Shown: one piece after another, positions 1 to 11,448 of the stretch
How positions within the stretch are numbered: position 1 is the first letter of the stretch
How the letters are laid out: the number at the start of each line of letters is the position of its first letter
Assembly: GCF_016433145.1 (NCBI RefSeq)
Contig: NC_058130.1
Coordinates: 131,786,912-131,850,911 of the forward strand
Direction of reading: 5' to 3'
DNA: 64,000 bases
Origin: Gracilinanus agilis
Taxonomy: Eukaryota
The notes under the pieces: generated by a model
Told to the model about the DNA's origin: nothing
Seen by the model: only the letters and a program-made list of their open reading frames with translations
The model's database searches: none
Position numbers and translations under genes: made by a program

Positions 1-170
1 CTCTCTCCTTTTTTTCCCTTCCTCTCTCTCTTTCTTTCCCTTGCTTCCTTGCTTCTTTTCTTCTATTCTCCCTTCCTGCCTCTCTGAATTCCTTCCTTCC
101 ATTGCTTATCTCCAGTCTGTTCACTGCTCCCTTCCCACCTTCCTCCTCTGCCTTGCCCTGCCTGAAGTCT
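1..170. repeat. CT-rich low-complexity tract
   Basis: Almost pure C/T on the + strand (ctctctcctttttttccctt...). Confidence 0.85.
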
Positions 171-585
171 GGATAAGTTAGAAGAGGCTTTAATGATTCC
201 ATACGGCCCATCTCCCTTTGAGAGTCAATTGTGCAGTAATCAGTGTTAGAGGGGCTGAAATATTCTGCAGAGAGCCTCTCTCTGGGGACATGAATCATGT
301 CTTCCTGTGCTCTGAGCCTGGGGGTGATCATTTGAGATCAATTATAGCATAAATGAGGACAGGGCTTTTTCTTCCCCACCTACCTCTTTCACCCACCAGC
401 CTCTTCCCTGCCTCCTCTGCCTCTGGGTCAGCCAGCTCTGCTTCACAAAAGGCCATCTTAGCTCCCCAGGAACAGTCCCTGGAGGGGCTCATCTCTTTGA
501 GCCTTGTGCTTGTGCTCCATGGAATCATCGGCCGACTAGAAGTGTTGGGATGTGGCTCTGATGGAGAAAAGGCTCTTCGGCTTCA

Positions 586-757
586 CAGCTGGAAAGGACC
601 TTAGAGATGGTCTAAACTAAACCCCTCACTTTAGAGATGAGGGAACCAAGGATCAGAGAAGTGATTTACCCAAAGTCACAAAGGTAGTTAGTAGCAGAAC
701 TGGCATTTGATTCCATGTATTTGGCCTCCAGGTTCAGTCATTTTTCCATTACCCCAT
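586..757 (-). mobile_element. MIR/MIR3-type CORE SINE remnant
   Basis: Decayed reverse-complement CORE motifs (ggaaaggaccttagagat...cactttagagatgagggaacc...aagtgatttacccaaagtcac). Boundaries approximate. Confidence 0.75.
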
Positions 758-1799
758 GTTGAGTGATGGTCTTCAGGGCTGAGTTCCATCTTGAGAAAAC
801 TGAATTGGAGGTCATGTCATGGATCCAAGTGACTCTTGGGATCAGAGAATCCGATGTTTCTCTGGACCTCAGTCTGAGCTGGGCCAGGCTGCTTCCCCAC
901 TGCACCTCTAAACCTCAGGCCTGGGTTTGGCCACTGCATCCAAAGCAGGGTCTCTGGTTGGTTGGGCTGCTTGCCTGGTCAAGTCTGGGGTTGTCTGGGC
1001 TGGAACTAGGCTCATCCTGTGATCATCTGGGCCAGGCACAAGGGAAAATAAAACCTCAAGGAGATGGGCCTGGATACTCCATGGTATCCGGAATGGGCTA
1101 AGCTGGAGTGGCCAGATGCTGCTGGGCCTGGGCTTCTGCTGTCTTGAAGTCAAGAGTGGGAGGACAAGGGGAAAGATCTCACAACATAGAAGTCTTCTAA
1201 TGACACTTAGCTCTGCTCTGTAGAGTTCTTTCAGGCGGATCCTGAAGGGATGGTGTACAGGGGACTCGGAGACTGGGATGATTGCTAGGCCATGAAGTCA
1301 CTAAGTTTTCTTGGAGATCTTGTATCATTTAGAGATGGGTGTTCTGCAGTCCTAGGAAAGACACAAGCAAGCATAATCAGCTCTGGATTTCCCATCTCCT
1401 AGAGGGGAGTTCTATATGAATGACAATAATATGATCGCAACAGGAATAGTAATTGTTAGCAATAAAAATTCATCTGGAGGCTCATTACCAGATTTATCAG
1501 CATTTATTTGTAATGAGAGAGGAATAGATAGGGGAGAGAGAGGTCTCAGTCTTTCTAACTTAAGGTAGGATCAGGTTCTGGATTCCAGCCAGTGCCTGGA
1601 TGGCTCAGAGAGAGAGGGAGAGGTACAGAAGTCCAGAGATCTCTCTCCTCTTATCCCTCCGTGGAGACAGTCCTCTGGCTCTGGCATGTGACTTTGTGAC
1701 CTCTATGTCCTACCACAAGAGTGCTCGGGATCCAAGGCCCCTAAATAATTTACTTGACACATGATGATTTATATCGGCATTAAATTTTGTTGTCTACAA

Positions 1800-1985
1800 T
1801 GTACTTTCTTCTCCATTACAACTTTTGATACCCCCTTCCACCCAAATACCTTGTGAGGAAAGCAGGACAAGGATTGTTATCCCCATTCTATACAGGAGGA
1901 AACTGAGACCTAGGGAGGTAAAGTAACTTGTCAAGACTTGACTCCAGCTCCAACACTCAATCGTCCCCAATTCTAGAGCACTGAT
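1800..1985 (-). mobile_element. MIR remnant
   Basis: ccttgtgagg...attgttatccccattctatacaggaggaaactgagacctagggaggtaaagtaacttg is the reverse complement of the MIR core. Confidence 0.75.
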
Positions 1986-2417
1986 TGTAATCATCAAAAT
2001 CAGGACAATTTCTAATTCTCAAGCATCAGAAGGTCACTTTCCTCACAACAACTCTATGAAGTAGGAAGGGAAAACATTATCATACCCACTTTATAGATGA
2101 GGAAATGGAGAATCAGAGAAACAAAGTGGCGCAGCTTCTCTTTATCCAGCATCTAACATACACAAATTTGTGCTATTTATCTGTTCATGTCCTCCTGTCT
2201 TCTGATGTCCCACTGTGGTATAGAAGTGACCCTGAGTACTTAAAAGCTATACCAGTGATGGCTGAGTGCTAGCAGGTTGAATCACCAAGCTAGAAAGGTC
2301 TCAAGGATGGGATAAACAAGTAGAATGGGTCTGTTGTCTGAGGACCGATCTAGCCCAGCTTGGAGACACTTATCAGCACCAGAGAGCTGGCCAGCAGATA
2401 ATACTCATGAAGACTGG

Positions 2418-2421
<4 letters not shown>

Positions 2422-2484
<63 letters not shown>

Positions 2485-2622
2485 GACAGACAGACAGAGA
2501 AAGAGAGAGAAACGGAGAGATACAGAGAAATTAAGAGAGAGAGATTGAAAGAGAGACAGAGAGATGGAGAGGGAGAGACAGGGAGGGAGGAAGTGGAGGA
2601 GGGAGAGAAAGAGAAAGAGAGA
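2422..2622. repeat. (GA)n microsatellite with degenerate GA-rich extension
   Basis: Pure AG repeat at 2422-2480, then gaca/gaga variants to about 2622. Confidence 0.97.
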
Positions 2623-2833
2623 TGAAAGGATCAGGGTTGTCTCAGAACTGCACCAATGGAAGGAGCATTCACACCAAGGAAGTCACAGCACCTAGAGTAC
2701 TAAAGAAGAAGGTTCTTGGCTCCTGTGCCCTTCTAGGCTATAAGCCCCTTCAGAGGAATGGGGAAGAGAATAAACATTTATATAGTGCCTATTGCATGCA
2801 CTTTACACTTTACAAGCATGATCTGAATGAATT

Positions 2834-3034
2834 TTTTTTAAAACCCTTACCTTCTGTCTTAGAATCAATATTAAGTACGGGTTCCAAGGCAAAACAGTAA
2901 GGGCTAGGCAATGGGCATTAAGTGACTTGCCCAGGGTCACACAGCTAGGAAGAGTCTGGGGCCAGACTTGAACCCAGGACTTCCCATCTCTGAGCATTGC
3001 TCTCTATCTACTGAGTCACTTGGCTATTTTCCTC
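2834..3034 (-). mobile_element. Opossum-type tRNA-derived CORE SINE (SINE1_Mdo/Opo-1-like)
   Basis: Reverse tail aaacccttaccttctgtcttagaatcaat, core aagtgacttgcccagggtcacacagctagg, B-box reverse ttgaaccc. Flanking direct repeat aatgaatt at 2826-2833 and 3035-3042. Confidence 0.9.
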
Positions 3035-3926
3035 AATGAATTCTTGAATGCAGGAGCCCTCTGAGGATACATCTCTTGATCTACTGCCTAGAACAAGATC
3101 CTAAATATAGAAGGCTATCAATACAGGTTGACTGAAAATGATGGTAGGGAGCTGAGACATACAAAGGGTTGTAATAATGGAAGAGACAAACCAGTTGTGT
3201 ATCCTTGTCCAGTTGTGTGACCTTGATCCATATTGAGTACAGAGCTAAGGAGGGAGAGGCCATGTTCATTCACTCATTTAGAAAGCATTTTTTGCTCAAT
3301 ACTGTATTAGGTGTCAGAGGGACAAAGTTTGGATAGGGCAGTCTTTGTCTTTGAGAAATTTATAATCTGATAGAGGAATACAATATAAACACATACCTAT
3401 AATCTACAGCAGAGCATGGTAAACATATGAGAAAGTTACCCAGTAAAGTGCTAAGTGATATCCTGGAAAGTGGTCATGATTGATGGAATATTGGGGGTGG
3501 AGGAAAATTTAAAAAGCTTCATGTGGAACTTGTGCTGAGGCCTTAAAAGGTATCGTGAATCTTAGCTGCCTTATTTATAACATAAGAATGATTCTGATTG
3601 AGGAGAGTTGTTGGCAAGGATAAGTTTTGGAAAAGGTTATAAAGGACCTTAAAAATCAAAGTGTTGAACAAAGGCCAAGCATAGCTAATATTAATGACCT
3701 AGAGAGCAGCCAGTCCTGAGGATCCCACAGAGTAGGTGTACAAGTAGCAGTCACTGGATAACCCACAATGCTCAGTGGCAAGATAGGGTTTAGATTTATA
3801 TGCGGGCTATCCAGCAGAGAAACCCAAGTGTGCTCACTTAGAGACACTTGGGTCTCTGGGACCAGTCTTCATTCTACTTCTGCACTACTGGGGAGCTGAC
3901 AACAGTTGTCAGGTCCCACGGATTTT

Positions 3927-3991
3927 ATTTTAGAGTCGTTTATTTATTTATTTAAGAATATTTTTCCATGGTTACATGATTCATTTTCTTT
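3927..3991 (-). mobile_element. Extremely 5'-truncated L1 3' tip
   Basis: tttatttatttaagaatatttttccatggttacatgattca is the reverse complement of the L1 terminal motif seen at 36776-36820 and 32725-32770. Possible TSD gatttta at 3920-3926 and 3992-3998. Confidence 0.7.
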
Positions 3992-4127
3992 AGATTTTAA
4001 AGGGAATAAGGAACTTGGATCTGCTTCACAGGGGATGTGGAAAGAGAAATCAAATATATGCAGAAGAGGAATTCCAGAAGGTTGGGGACAGATGAACCTC
4101 TTCGGACAGTATAGGATTCTTTGTACT

Positions 4128-4372
4128 GATGGGGCAGTTAGGTGGTACAATGGATAGAGTGCTGGGCCCCAGGAAGATTCAATTCATCTTTCTAAGTTCA
4201 AACCCAGCCTTAGACACTAATTGGTTGTGTGATCCAGGGCAAGTCACTTAATATTGTTTACCTCATTTTCCTCATCTGTAAAATGAGCTGGAAAAGAAAA
4301 TGGCAAACCTTTCCACTGTCTTCACCAAGAAAAACCCAAATGGAGTCACAAAAAGTCAGACATAATGAAAAC
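4128..4372 (+). mobile_element. CORE SINE with RTE/BovB-type tail (Mar-1-like)
   Basis: Head ggggcagttaggtggtacaatggatagagtgctgggc, core gtgtgatccagggcaagtcacttaa, tail aaggaaatggcaaacc-like...ccaagaaaaacccaaatggagtcacaaaaagtcagaca. Confidence 0.88.
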
Positions 4373-4656
4373 AAAAATTCCACTGTTGTCTATAACCATA
4401 CAGTACCCATTTGTATTATGTAAGAGTGTGTATGTAACTGTGCAACCTGAGTTTATTAAAAATGATACTAACAACTCCCATTTTAACAAAAAATTTAATC
4501 AACAATATTTTTGAAGTTTACAAAGTATTTCCCTTATAATAACCCTAGGAGGGTAGAAAATAGAGTTATTATTAGCCAATTTTATAGAAGAGGACACTGA
4601 ATTTCAGAAAGGTGAAGCAAGTAGCCTGAAAATCATTGCTAATAAAGAATCAGAAC

Positions 4657-4869
4657 AGAGGACAACTAGGCGGCTCAGTGAATTGAGAGCCAGGCCTAGA
4701 GATGAGCGCTCCTGAGTTCATATTTGGCCTCAGGCACTTCCTAATTGTGTGACCCTGTGCAAGTCACTTAACTCTCGCTGCCTAGTCCTTCTCTTCTCCC
4801 TTGGAACCAAAACAAAGTATTGATTCTAAGATAAAAGGTAAGGGTTTAAAAATAAAATAAAACAAAATA
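4657..4869 (+). mobile_element. Opossum-type CORE SINE with A-rich tail
   Basis: Head ggacaactaggcggctcagtgaattgagagccagg and tail ggtaagggtttaaaaataaaata. 13-bp TSD aaagaatcagaac at 4644-4656 and 4870-4882. Confidence 0.92.
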
Positions 4870-5037
4870 AAAGAATCAGAACCAACTTGATATACCACTG
4901 GTTGCAAATAACCTCCTTTCTGAGCTTCAATTTCCTTTTCTGCAAAATGAGAGCATAAGGACCCCAATAATTTCTAAGGTGCCTTTCAGTCCAAACATTC
5001 AAATGTCAGTCTTTACATGAGGAGTCACTTTTTTAAA

Positions 5038-5437
5038 AAACCGTAACCCTGTCTTAGAATTGATGCTTAAGGGGGCAGCTGGGAAGCTCAATGGATTGAG
5101 AGCCAGGCCTGGAGACGGGAGGTCCTAGGTTCAAATCTGACCTCAGACACTTCCCAGCTGTGTGACCCTGGGCAAGTCACTTGACCCCCATTGCCTATCC
5201 TTACCACTCTTCTTCCTTGGAGCCAAAACACAGTATTGACTCCAAGACAGAAAATAAGGGTTAAAAAAAAAAGAATTGATGCTTAGTATCAGTTCCACAG
5301 CAGAAGAGCAGTAAGGGCTAGGAAATTGGGGTTAAGGGATTTGTCACACAGCTAGGAGGTGTCTGAGACCACATTTGAACCCAGGATCTCCCATCTAAAG
5401 GTCTGGCACTCTATCCACTGAGCCACCTAGCTGCCCT
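5038..5437 (-). mobile_element. Opossum-type CORE SINE, interrupted by a second SINE
   Basis: Reverse tail begins aaaccgtaaccctgtcttagaat. The sequence resumes after 5285 with agagcagtaagggctagg...tttgaacccagg...ccactgagccacctagctgccc. Confidence 0.85.
5070..5271 (+). mobile_element. Young opossum-type CORE SINE nested in the SINE above
   Basis: Full head gggggcagctgggaagctcaatggattgagagcc, B-box ggttcaaatc, poly-A tail. 14-bp TSD agaattgatgctta at 5056-5069 and 5272-5285. Confidence 0.95.
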
Positions 5438-5994
5438 CTCTTCAGGTACTTGTAAGGCTGTTCCACATCTGATATTCTATATTCTAAAGTCTCTTCCAAC
5501 TCTTAACATTCTATGTTCTAAGACCTCTGCCAGAATTCATGCCTTGTGTTCCATGCTCTAAAGCCCCTTCTCACTCTTTGGGTCTATGGAGAAATAAAGA
5601 AGAAAGCAATTTCCCTAGAGGAGATGACAATATAACAATTGTAGTCCAATTGTATTGAAAATTTCAATGACTTATTCAGACCTTGGACAGGGAATTGACT
5701 CCCAGGGCCAGGCACAACAGGTGCAGGAAGTGGATACAGATAATTGTGGAAATCGATCTCAGTACAGGTTGAGGCAGGTGTACCTAGTTCAGAGATTATT
5801 CAAATTCAGGCAGGGATGAGGGCTAGCAGACAGCTGGAATTCGGGAGTATTGATAGTGGCTTTTAAAGAAAAGGTTTGAAGCAAGCCGGGGCAGCATGGG
5901 CCTTGCACAGAGATGGTGGAGGCTGATTCAAGAAAGAACTTCAATCAGATCACTCGGTACTCTTGACAGCTCCCTGAAGGTGCCATTTTCTTCA

Positions 5995-6120
5995 ATGAAT
6001 CAGTGAAATAACCTTTATTAAGTGCCAGGCACTGTGCTAAACAGTGGGGATACAAAATACCTTACAAAAAGTCAGTCCCTGCCCAAAAGGAGCTTACATT
6101 GTAATAGGGAGAAGACAAAA
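5995..6120 (-). mobile_element. L2 3' end
   Basis: tttattaagtgccaggcactgtgctaaacagtggggatacaaa...gtccctgccc...ggagcttacatt is the reverse complement of the L2 3' terminus. Confidence 0.8.
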
Positions 6121-8059
6121 CGTTCAGGGGACTTTTGGTCAGGAAAAGATGACATGGACCAGCTGGTAGATGATTAGGATCCAGCTTGGTGGGTGTGAAG
6201 GCACTTAGATATGTTAAACTCTCACCAAACAGGAGAACAAGACCCCCAGGCAGAAGCTGAAATGTGCTGCTGGATGTGGAGGGTAGAACAGCCCAACGTA
6301 AAGGAAATAGTTGGAATGAGGCCATTAGACTTCAACAGAACGATGGAAAAGAGAAGAAAAGGCAATGGGCCTTAGTTTCCTCAACTGTAAAATGAAAGCA
6401 TGAAAACTAGGTCTCTAAGGTCTGTATCTAGTATTCTGTGCCTTCCACATATGCTAGGTGCTTAATAAATGTTTGTTAAATAGAAATGAATTGAATTCCA
6501 TCTCTTAAATTTGAATATTCCTATGAAGCCAGACTACAGATTTTATAATCAGAACGTAGGTCTACTAATTTGGCTCTGCCCTCCGGCTAGAGCTCTTTGG
6601 TTGTTAAAAGAACTTCTATCTAATTATCTCAGAATTAGATTCACAGATCATAGACTGTTATCTCACATTTTACAGATGAGACTGCAGTCCAGAAAATCCA
6701 AGATTTCCTACTCTGAATTCAGTGCTGTATCTACTACCCTACACCATTAATTCCCATGTCCTGGAAAACTCATCACCAACTTCTGCTCTCCACTTCCTCC
6801 CAGAAGAGTTTATGATATTCTCATCAAAGAAGAATGCCACTAGCAGCTCTCCTCACATCCGGATGCAGACAGCCCAGGACCCTGTACCCAAGGTCTTTAA
6901 GAATAACAGCACTCTCCAGTCATACCCCATAACCAAAATCCTTTGGGGTGATCCTTGTGAAGATAAAACCTGCTTCAAAACAGGAGCCTCAGCTTCTAAA
7001 GACTCAGAAAAGAAAATTCTTAGCAGCAAAGGTGTTGGCACTATCAAATGGCTCAACATCAGAAAGAGGTTTTATTGGGGGAAATATAAACATAGAAAAA
7101 ACATTATCATTTAACTTGCCTCTGCACCCTAAGGATCAGTGGTCTTTCTACCTGGTTTGCAACTGGGACTTTCTAAATGTGTTTCTTCCACCATTAGGAC
7201 GTGAGCCCTTCATAAAGACTTGTTCCTTCCTCCTTTCATTTCTTTTCTTCTGTTTTTAGTCTGAATTGGGGCTTCGCATACCCAGGGGTTTTGAAAGGCT
7301 GGTTAGGCAAAGCCTAATCTTCTTCTTTATCAGGTAGTTTGTTCTTTGGGTATGTTATCTCCCTCCAGCCCTGAAATTTCCATATTTCTAGGACCTGTGA
7401 TAGGGCTGAGTTCACTTACCCAGACTCCACTGTCAAATGCTATTAATCTAAGGTGTGTAGATTTACTTCCAGGGAAAATATCAAAGGGAGTGAAACAAAC
7501 ATACTGAATATGAGACTGAGATATTGTCTTAATTCAACTATCCTATCCCCCCTGCATTGGGGATTTTGGTGTCTCTGGGAAGAATATGAAGCTACCTATC
7601 CTTCAAGACAGTTATCTACACCTAACTCAGAAATACAGTCTGTTTCCATTTTAATAAAGTAGACAACTTCGGCTATACTATATTGAATTTGATTTTGATC
7701 TAATAAAAACAGCAAGCTGGTTTGGACCCCTTAATTTGTGACAAAACCTTCCTTGCAATTTCTCATGCTATTTTGGAGGTGGGCAGGTGGGGAAGAAATG
7801 GAGAATAGTTTGCAGCCAGATCCAAGAATCCCTGCTTATAAATGATGAACTGACATCCTCTCACTTAGGTTCACCTTGTTACACCTGGAAAAATCAAAAT
7901 CTGTCTCTAGCATTTAACTTGACAGCTGTAATCATTTCCAAACTCTAGTTGCAGCTGAAAGCAAAACCCAGCAACCAGAACTACCTGTCATGCCTGCTCT
8001 GGCATTTTCTATATCAGAAATAGAAATAAAATTTAACCAATTTCTATGCTACTTGGTAG

Positions 8060-8460
8060 CATCTTAAAAGTCCAAGTTGAGAAAGGATGCTGTATTCAAC
8101 ATGAGTTGCTGGGAAAACTGGAAAGCAATTTGTAAGAAAATAGGTTTAGACCAGCATTTTACACCATGATTAATATCAGATTCCTAACTGGATGCCTGAC
8201 TTTAGCAGAAAAGTGTATATAATTTTTTAAAATGCAAGAGGATGGAAAGGGATACATTTCACAACTACACTTGTGTGTGTGGGATTCTTAACCAAGCATG
8301 AGTTATAGAAAATCATGAAGGATAAAATGGGTAATTTCAACTACATTAATTTTTTTTGTATGAACAAAATCAATGATGCTAGAATAAGAAGGGAAATTAT
8401 AACTAAGGAAAAAATTACATCAAATATCTCTGAGAAATGTGATATTTAATATATAAAAAT
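8060..8460 (+). mobile_element. Old marsupial L1 ORF2 fragment
   Basis: gctgggaaaactggaaagcaatttgtaagaaaataggtttagaccagcattttacacca is homologous to 27225-27300 (CWENWKxxxxKxGLDQHxTP). Confidence 0.8.
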
Positions 8461-10620
8461 TCAACTAATAGACACATTAAATGCCTACTATATGTAGTCG
8501 GAAACCATACTGGATGCTGGAGATACAAAAACAAAAATTAAATAGTCCCTGACAACACTTATTTATGTAAATACACACAAAATAAATACAAATTAACTTG
8601 GAGGAGGAGAGCACTGATAGCTGGGTGGATCAGAAAAGACATCATACCAAAGATGCCAATTGAACAGAACAGTGAAAGAAATGAAGGATTTTAAAAAGCA
8701 GAGTTAAGAGGTGAGGTGAAAGTGAATTATGACACATAAGGCAACAGCCAGTGCAAAGACTGATAAATGAAGGATCATAATTAGGAGTGATATACAATAG
8801 GGATGGAAAGCTAGCTTGAGGCCAGATGTGAAGAAATTAAAAAACTCACCAAAGGAGCTTTCATTTGATCCTAGAGATAATAAAGAGCCATTGGGATTTA
8901 TTGAGTAAGGGAGACCTACATTTTAGGAAAATCACTTTATTAGCTTTATGAAAGATGGGTCAGAGAGGGGAGATACTTGAGCCATGGAAACCAAAGAGGA
9001 AGTCCAGATGAAAAGTGTAAGAGTGAACTAGTGGTTGGTTCTGGGTAAAGAAAGGATGGGACAAATGTGAAGAAGATTGCAGAGGAAGAATGAACAGGAT
9101 TTGCAATTTAATGGATATGTAGGGTGAGAGAGAATGAGGAGTCAAGGATAATTTCAAAGCTGAGAATCTGAGAGACCAGAAGAATGGTGGTACCTTTGTC
9201 ATAAAAAGAGAAAATCAGAAAAGGGTTGAGCTTGGAAGAAGATTATGAGCTCTATTTTGTACATGAGTCTGAGAATCCCATGAGAAATCCACTTGGAAAT
9301 GTTCCATAAAGAGTTGCAGACATTAAACTGGAGCTCAGGAGAGATAGTGAGGTGGATATATAGATGTGGAGTCACCTGCATGGAGCTTATAATTAAACCC
9401 ACATATAGATGGAACAGAGAGGACCCATGACAGAGCCTTGGGGTATACCCAGTTATTGGATGTGATATGGATGATAAGCCAACAAAAGAGTATGAGAAAG
9501 AAAGAAGAATAAGAGAGTCATCAAACCAATCAATTAACCAAGGACTTTTTAAAGTGCCTACTATGTGCCAAACACTGTGCTAGATGGTAGAGAAAAAATA
9601 CAAAAGAATGAAACAACTCCTATTCTCAAGTATTTTACTTTCAAATGGCAGAGACAGAAAACAAGCATAAACATACATATGTATAGACAAAAAAAAAACA
9701 TGGAATAAATACAAAATTAACCCATGGCAGTTAAAATGAAAAGTGATTAGGAAGAAAGTCACTAGCAACTGGAGAGATCAGAAAAGGCTTCATGCTTAAA
9801 GTAGTATTTGAGCTGTGCCTTGAAGGAAGAGAGGAATCCCATGAAATAGAGGTGAAGGAGGGCATTTCAGACATGAGGGACAGCAACAATACAGAGTAAG
9901 GATACAGAAGATGGAGAGCGGGTGGGGAACAGAGGGGTCAGCTTGGCTTCTGTAAGCATTCAGGAAAGGGAGAAAGGTATAAAAAATCCTAGAAATATAG
10001 GTTGCAGCTAGATTGTGATGGATTTTAAAAGGCCAAAAGATGACTCTATATTTTATCCTGAGGCAGTAGGGAACCACTGGAATTTACTGAGTTCCTACTC
10101 GGTAACACTGAAATTGTTAGAGTGACCAATGTTAAATCTGCATTTAAGAAAAATCACTTTGGCAGCAGTGTGGAGAATGGATTAGAGTAGGGAGAAACTT
10201 GAGGCAGAAGGGGACCAGTTTGGAAGCCACTGAAATATCTAGAAAAGGGGGAAGGGAAAAGGCATTTACAAAGCACCTGAATTGAGGTGGTAGCTGTTCG
10301 AGAGCAGAAAAAGGTAAGAGATAAATTGAGTAGGCAGAAACAGCAGGATCTGGCAAGTCATTGGATATGTAGGATGAAAAAAAGAGTGAACTTGAGATAC
10401 TAGAAGAATGGCAGAACCTTCAGCATAAGGAGAGAAGATGCATAGATTTTGGGGGAAAGATAATGAGTTCTGTTTTGGATATAATGAACTTCAAATGTCT
10501 CTGAACCATCCAGTTTAAGTTGTCCAATTAGCCACCAATGATACGGAACTAAAGCTCAGAGGAGAACTAGGACACCTAGATTTGGGAGTCACCTATAGAG
10601 AGATGAAAATTAAACCCATA
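8460..10620 (-). mobile_element. Cluster of L2 fragments (several 3' ends and ORF2 3' parts)
   Basis: Repeated reverse L2 termini (taaatgcctactat at about 8475, aagtgcctactatgtgcca at 9552). Purine-rich body whose minus strand reads as L2 ORF2 (e.g. LSLTPH, KYRVIFWPFKIHHNLA). Confidence 0.85.
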
Positions 10621-11169
10621 AAAGATGTTGAGGTCAGTGAAAGTAGAGAGCGGGAAGAGGAAAGAAGCTATTATTTTCAGAGGATAACTGAGCAGAACTG
10701 GGGATTCACCCACCTTGGTTCTATGGGCTCTGATTATTGGTCCATTTTTTTTCAACCCAAGGTAAACTCTCAATCAGTTATCCTCTTGGCTTTGTGCTAC
10801 TCCATTGATAATATTACATGATTCCTTATCTAACCATGTTTGCCCCTCCCCCACAAAAGCAAACAGAAATATGAATGAACATTTTCTATCACTTCACAAT
10901 TGGAATAATTCAATACAACATATATAAGGTGCCTCCTAAATTTAAAAAGACACCCTCATTCATAACAAACATAATCTTTTTTTCTTATCAACCCGGAATA
11001 TTGGCTTATGTGAAACAAGTCCAGTCTTAGAGGCAGTTCCAAGTGCGCCCTTTTGTGGATTTTTCCTCACCCAGATTTGCCTCTGGGAATTCTCTGAACA
11101 ACTCATCTTTTGATCTTTTGTGGGCCAAAGGGTCCTTAGCTCCCATAGAAACTTTCAGGTAATAATGCA

Positions 11170-11448
11170 TATTGGGACAAAATAGCCTTTATTTTACCCC
11201 CCAGGAAATATGGAAAACACATAAAATGCTCACAGTAGTCTCAAAACAATGTAGGATTCTCTTTCAATGAGTTTCACAGATCCCCCACATCCCCCAGTTT
11301 CACTGTACCAGTCTTTTGCATTAGAAGGAAAATAAATTTAGGGTTGCTAGAGAGGTATCTCTCCCTGACAATCTTAGCAGAACCACTTTCTCCCCAGACA
11401 TCCACATAAGCATCAAGCCTTCTGGTACCACTCCAAGGATTTGGATTC
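11170..11448 (-). other. Candidate terminal exon of an unannotated minus-strand transcript
   Basis: Acceptor gtctgttttcctcctccag|G at 11449/11448 and AATAAA on the minus strand at 11193-11188. No homology recognised. Confidence 0.25.

Noticed and set aside
328-1153. Track ORFs 328, 353, 763 and 908 in a GC-richer block
   Set aside because: No recognisable homology, overlapping frames on both strands, and no convincing start or donor/acceptor pair. It may be UTR or exon sequence, but I cannot support a CDS.
2325-2625. RE-rich ORFs
   Set aside because: Translation of the (GA)n microsatellite.
5070-5150. tRNA-like A and B boxes
   Set aside because: These are heads of tRNA-derived SINEs (also at 4660, 20043 and 57048), not tRNA genes. 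No cloverleaf.
5680-5990. Exon-like GC-richer stretch
   Set aside because: Stops in every frame over the full length, and only weak splice sites.
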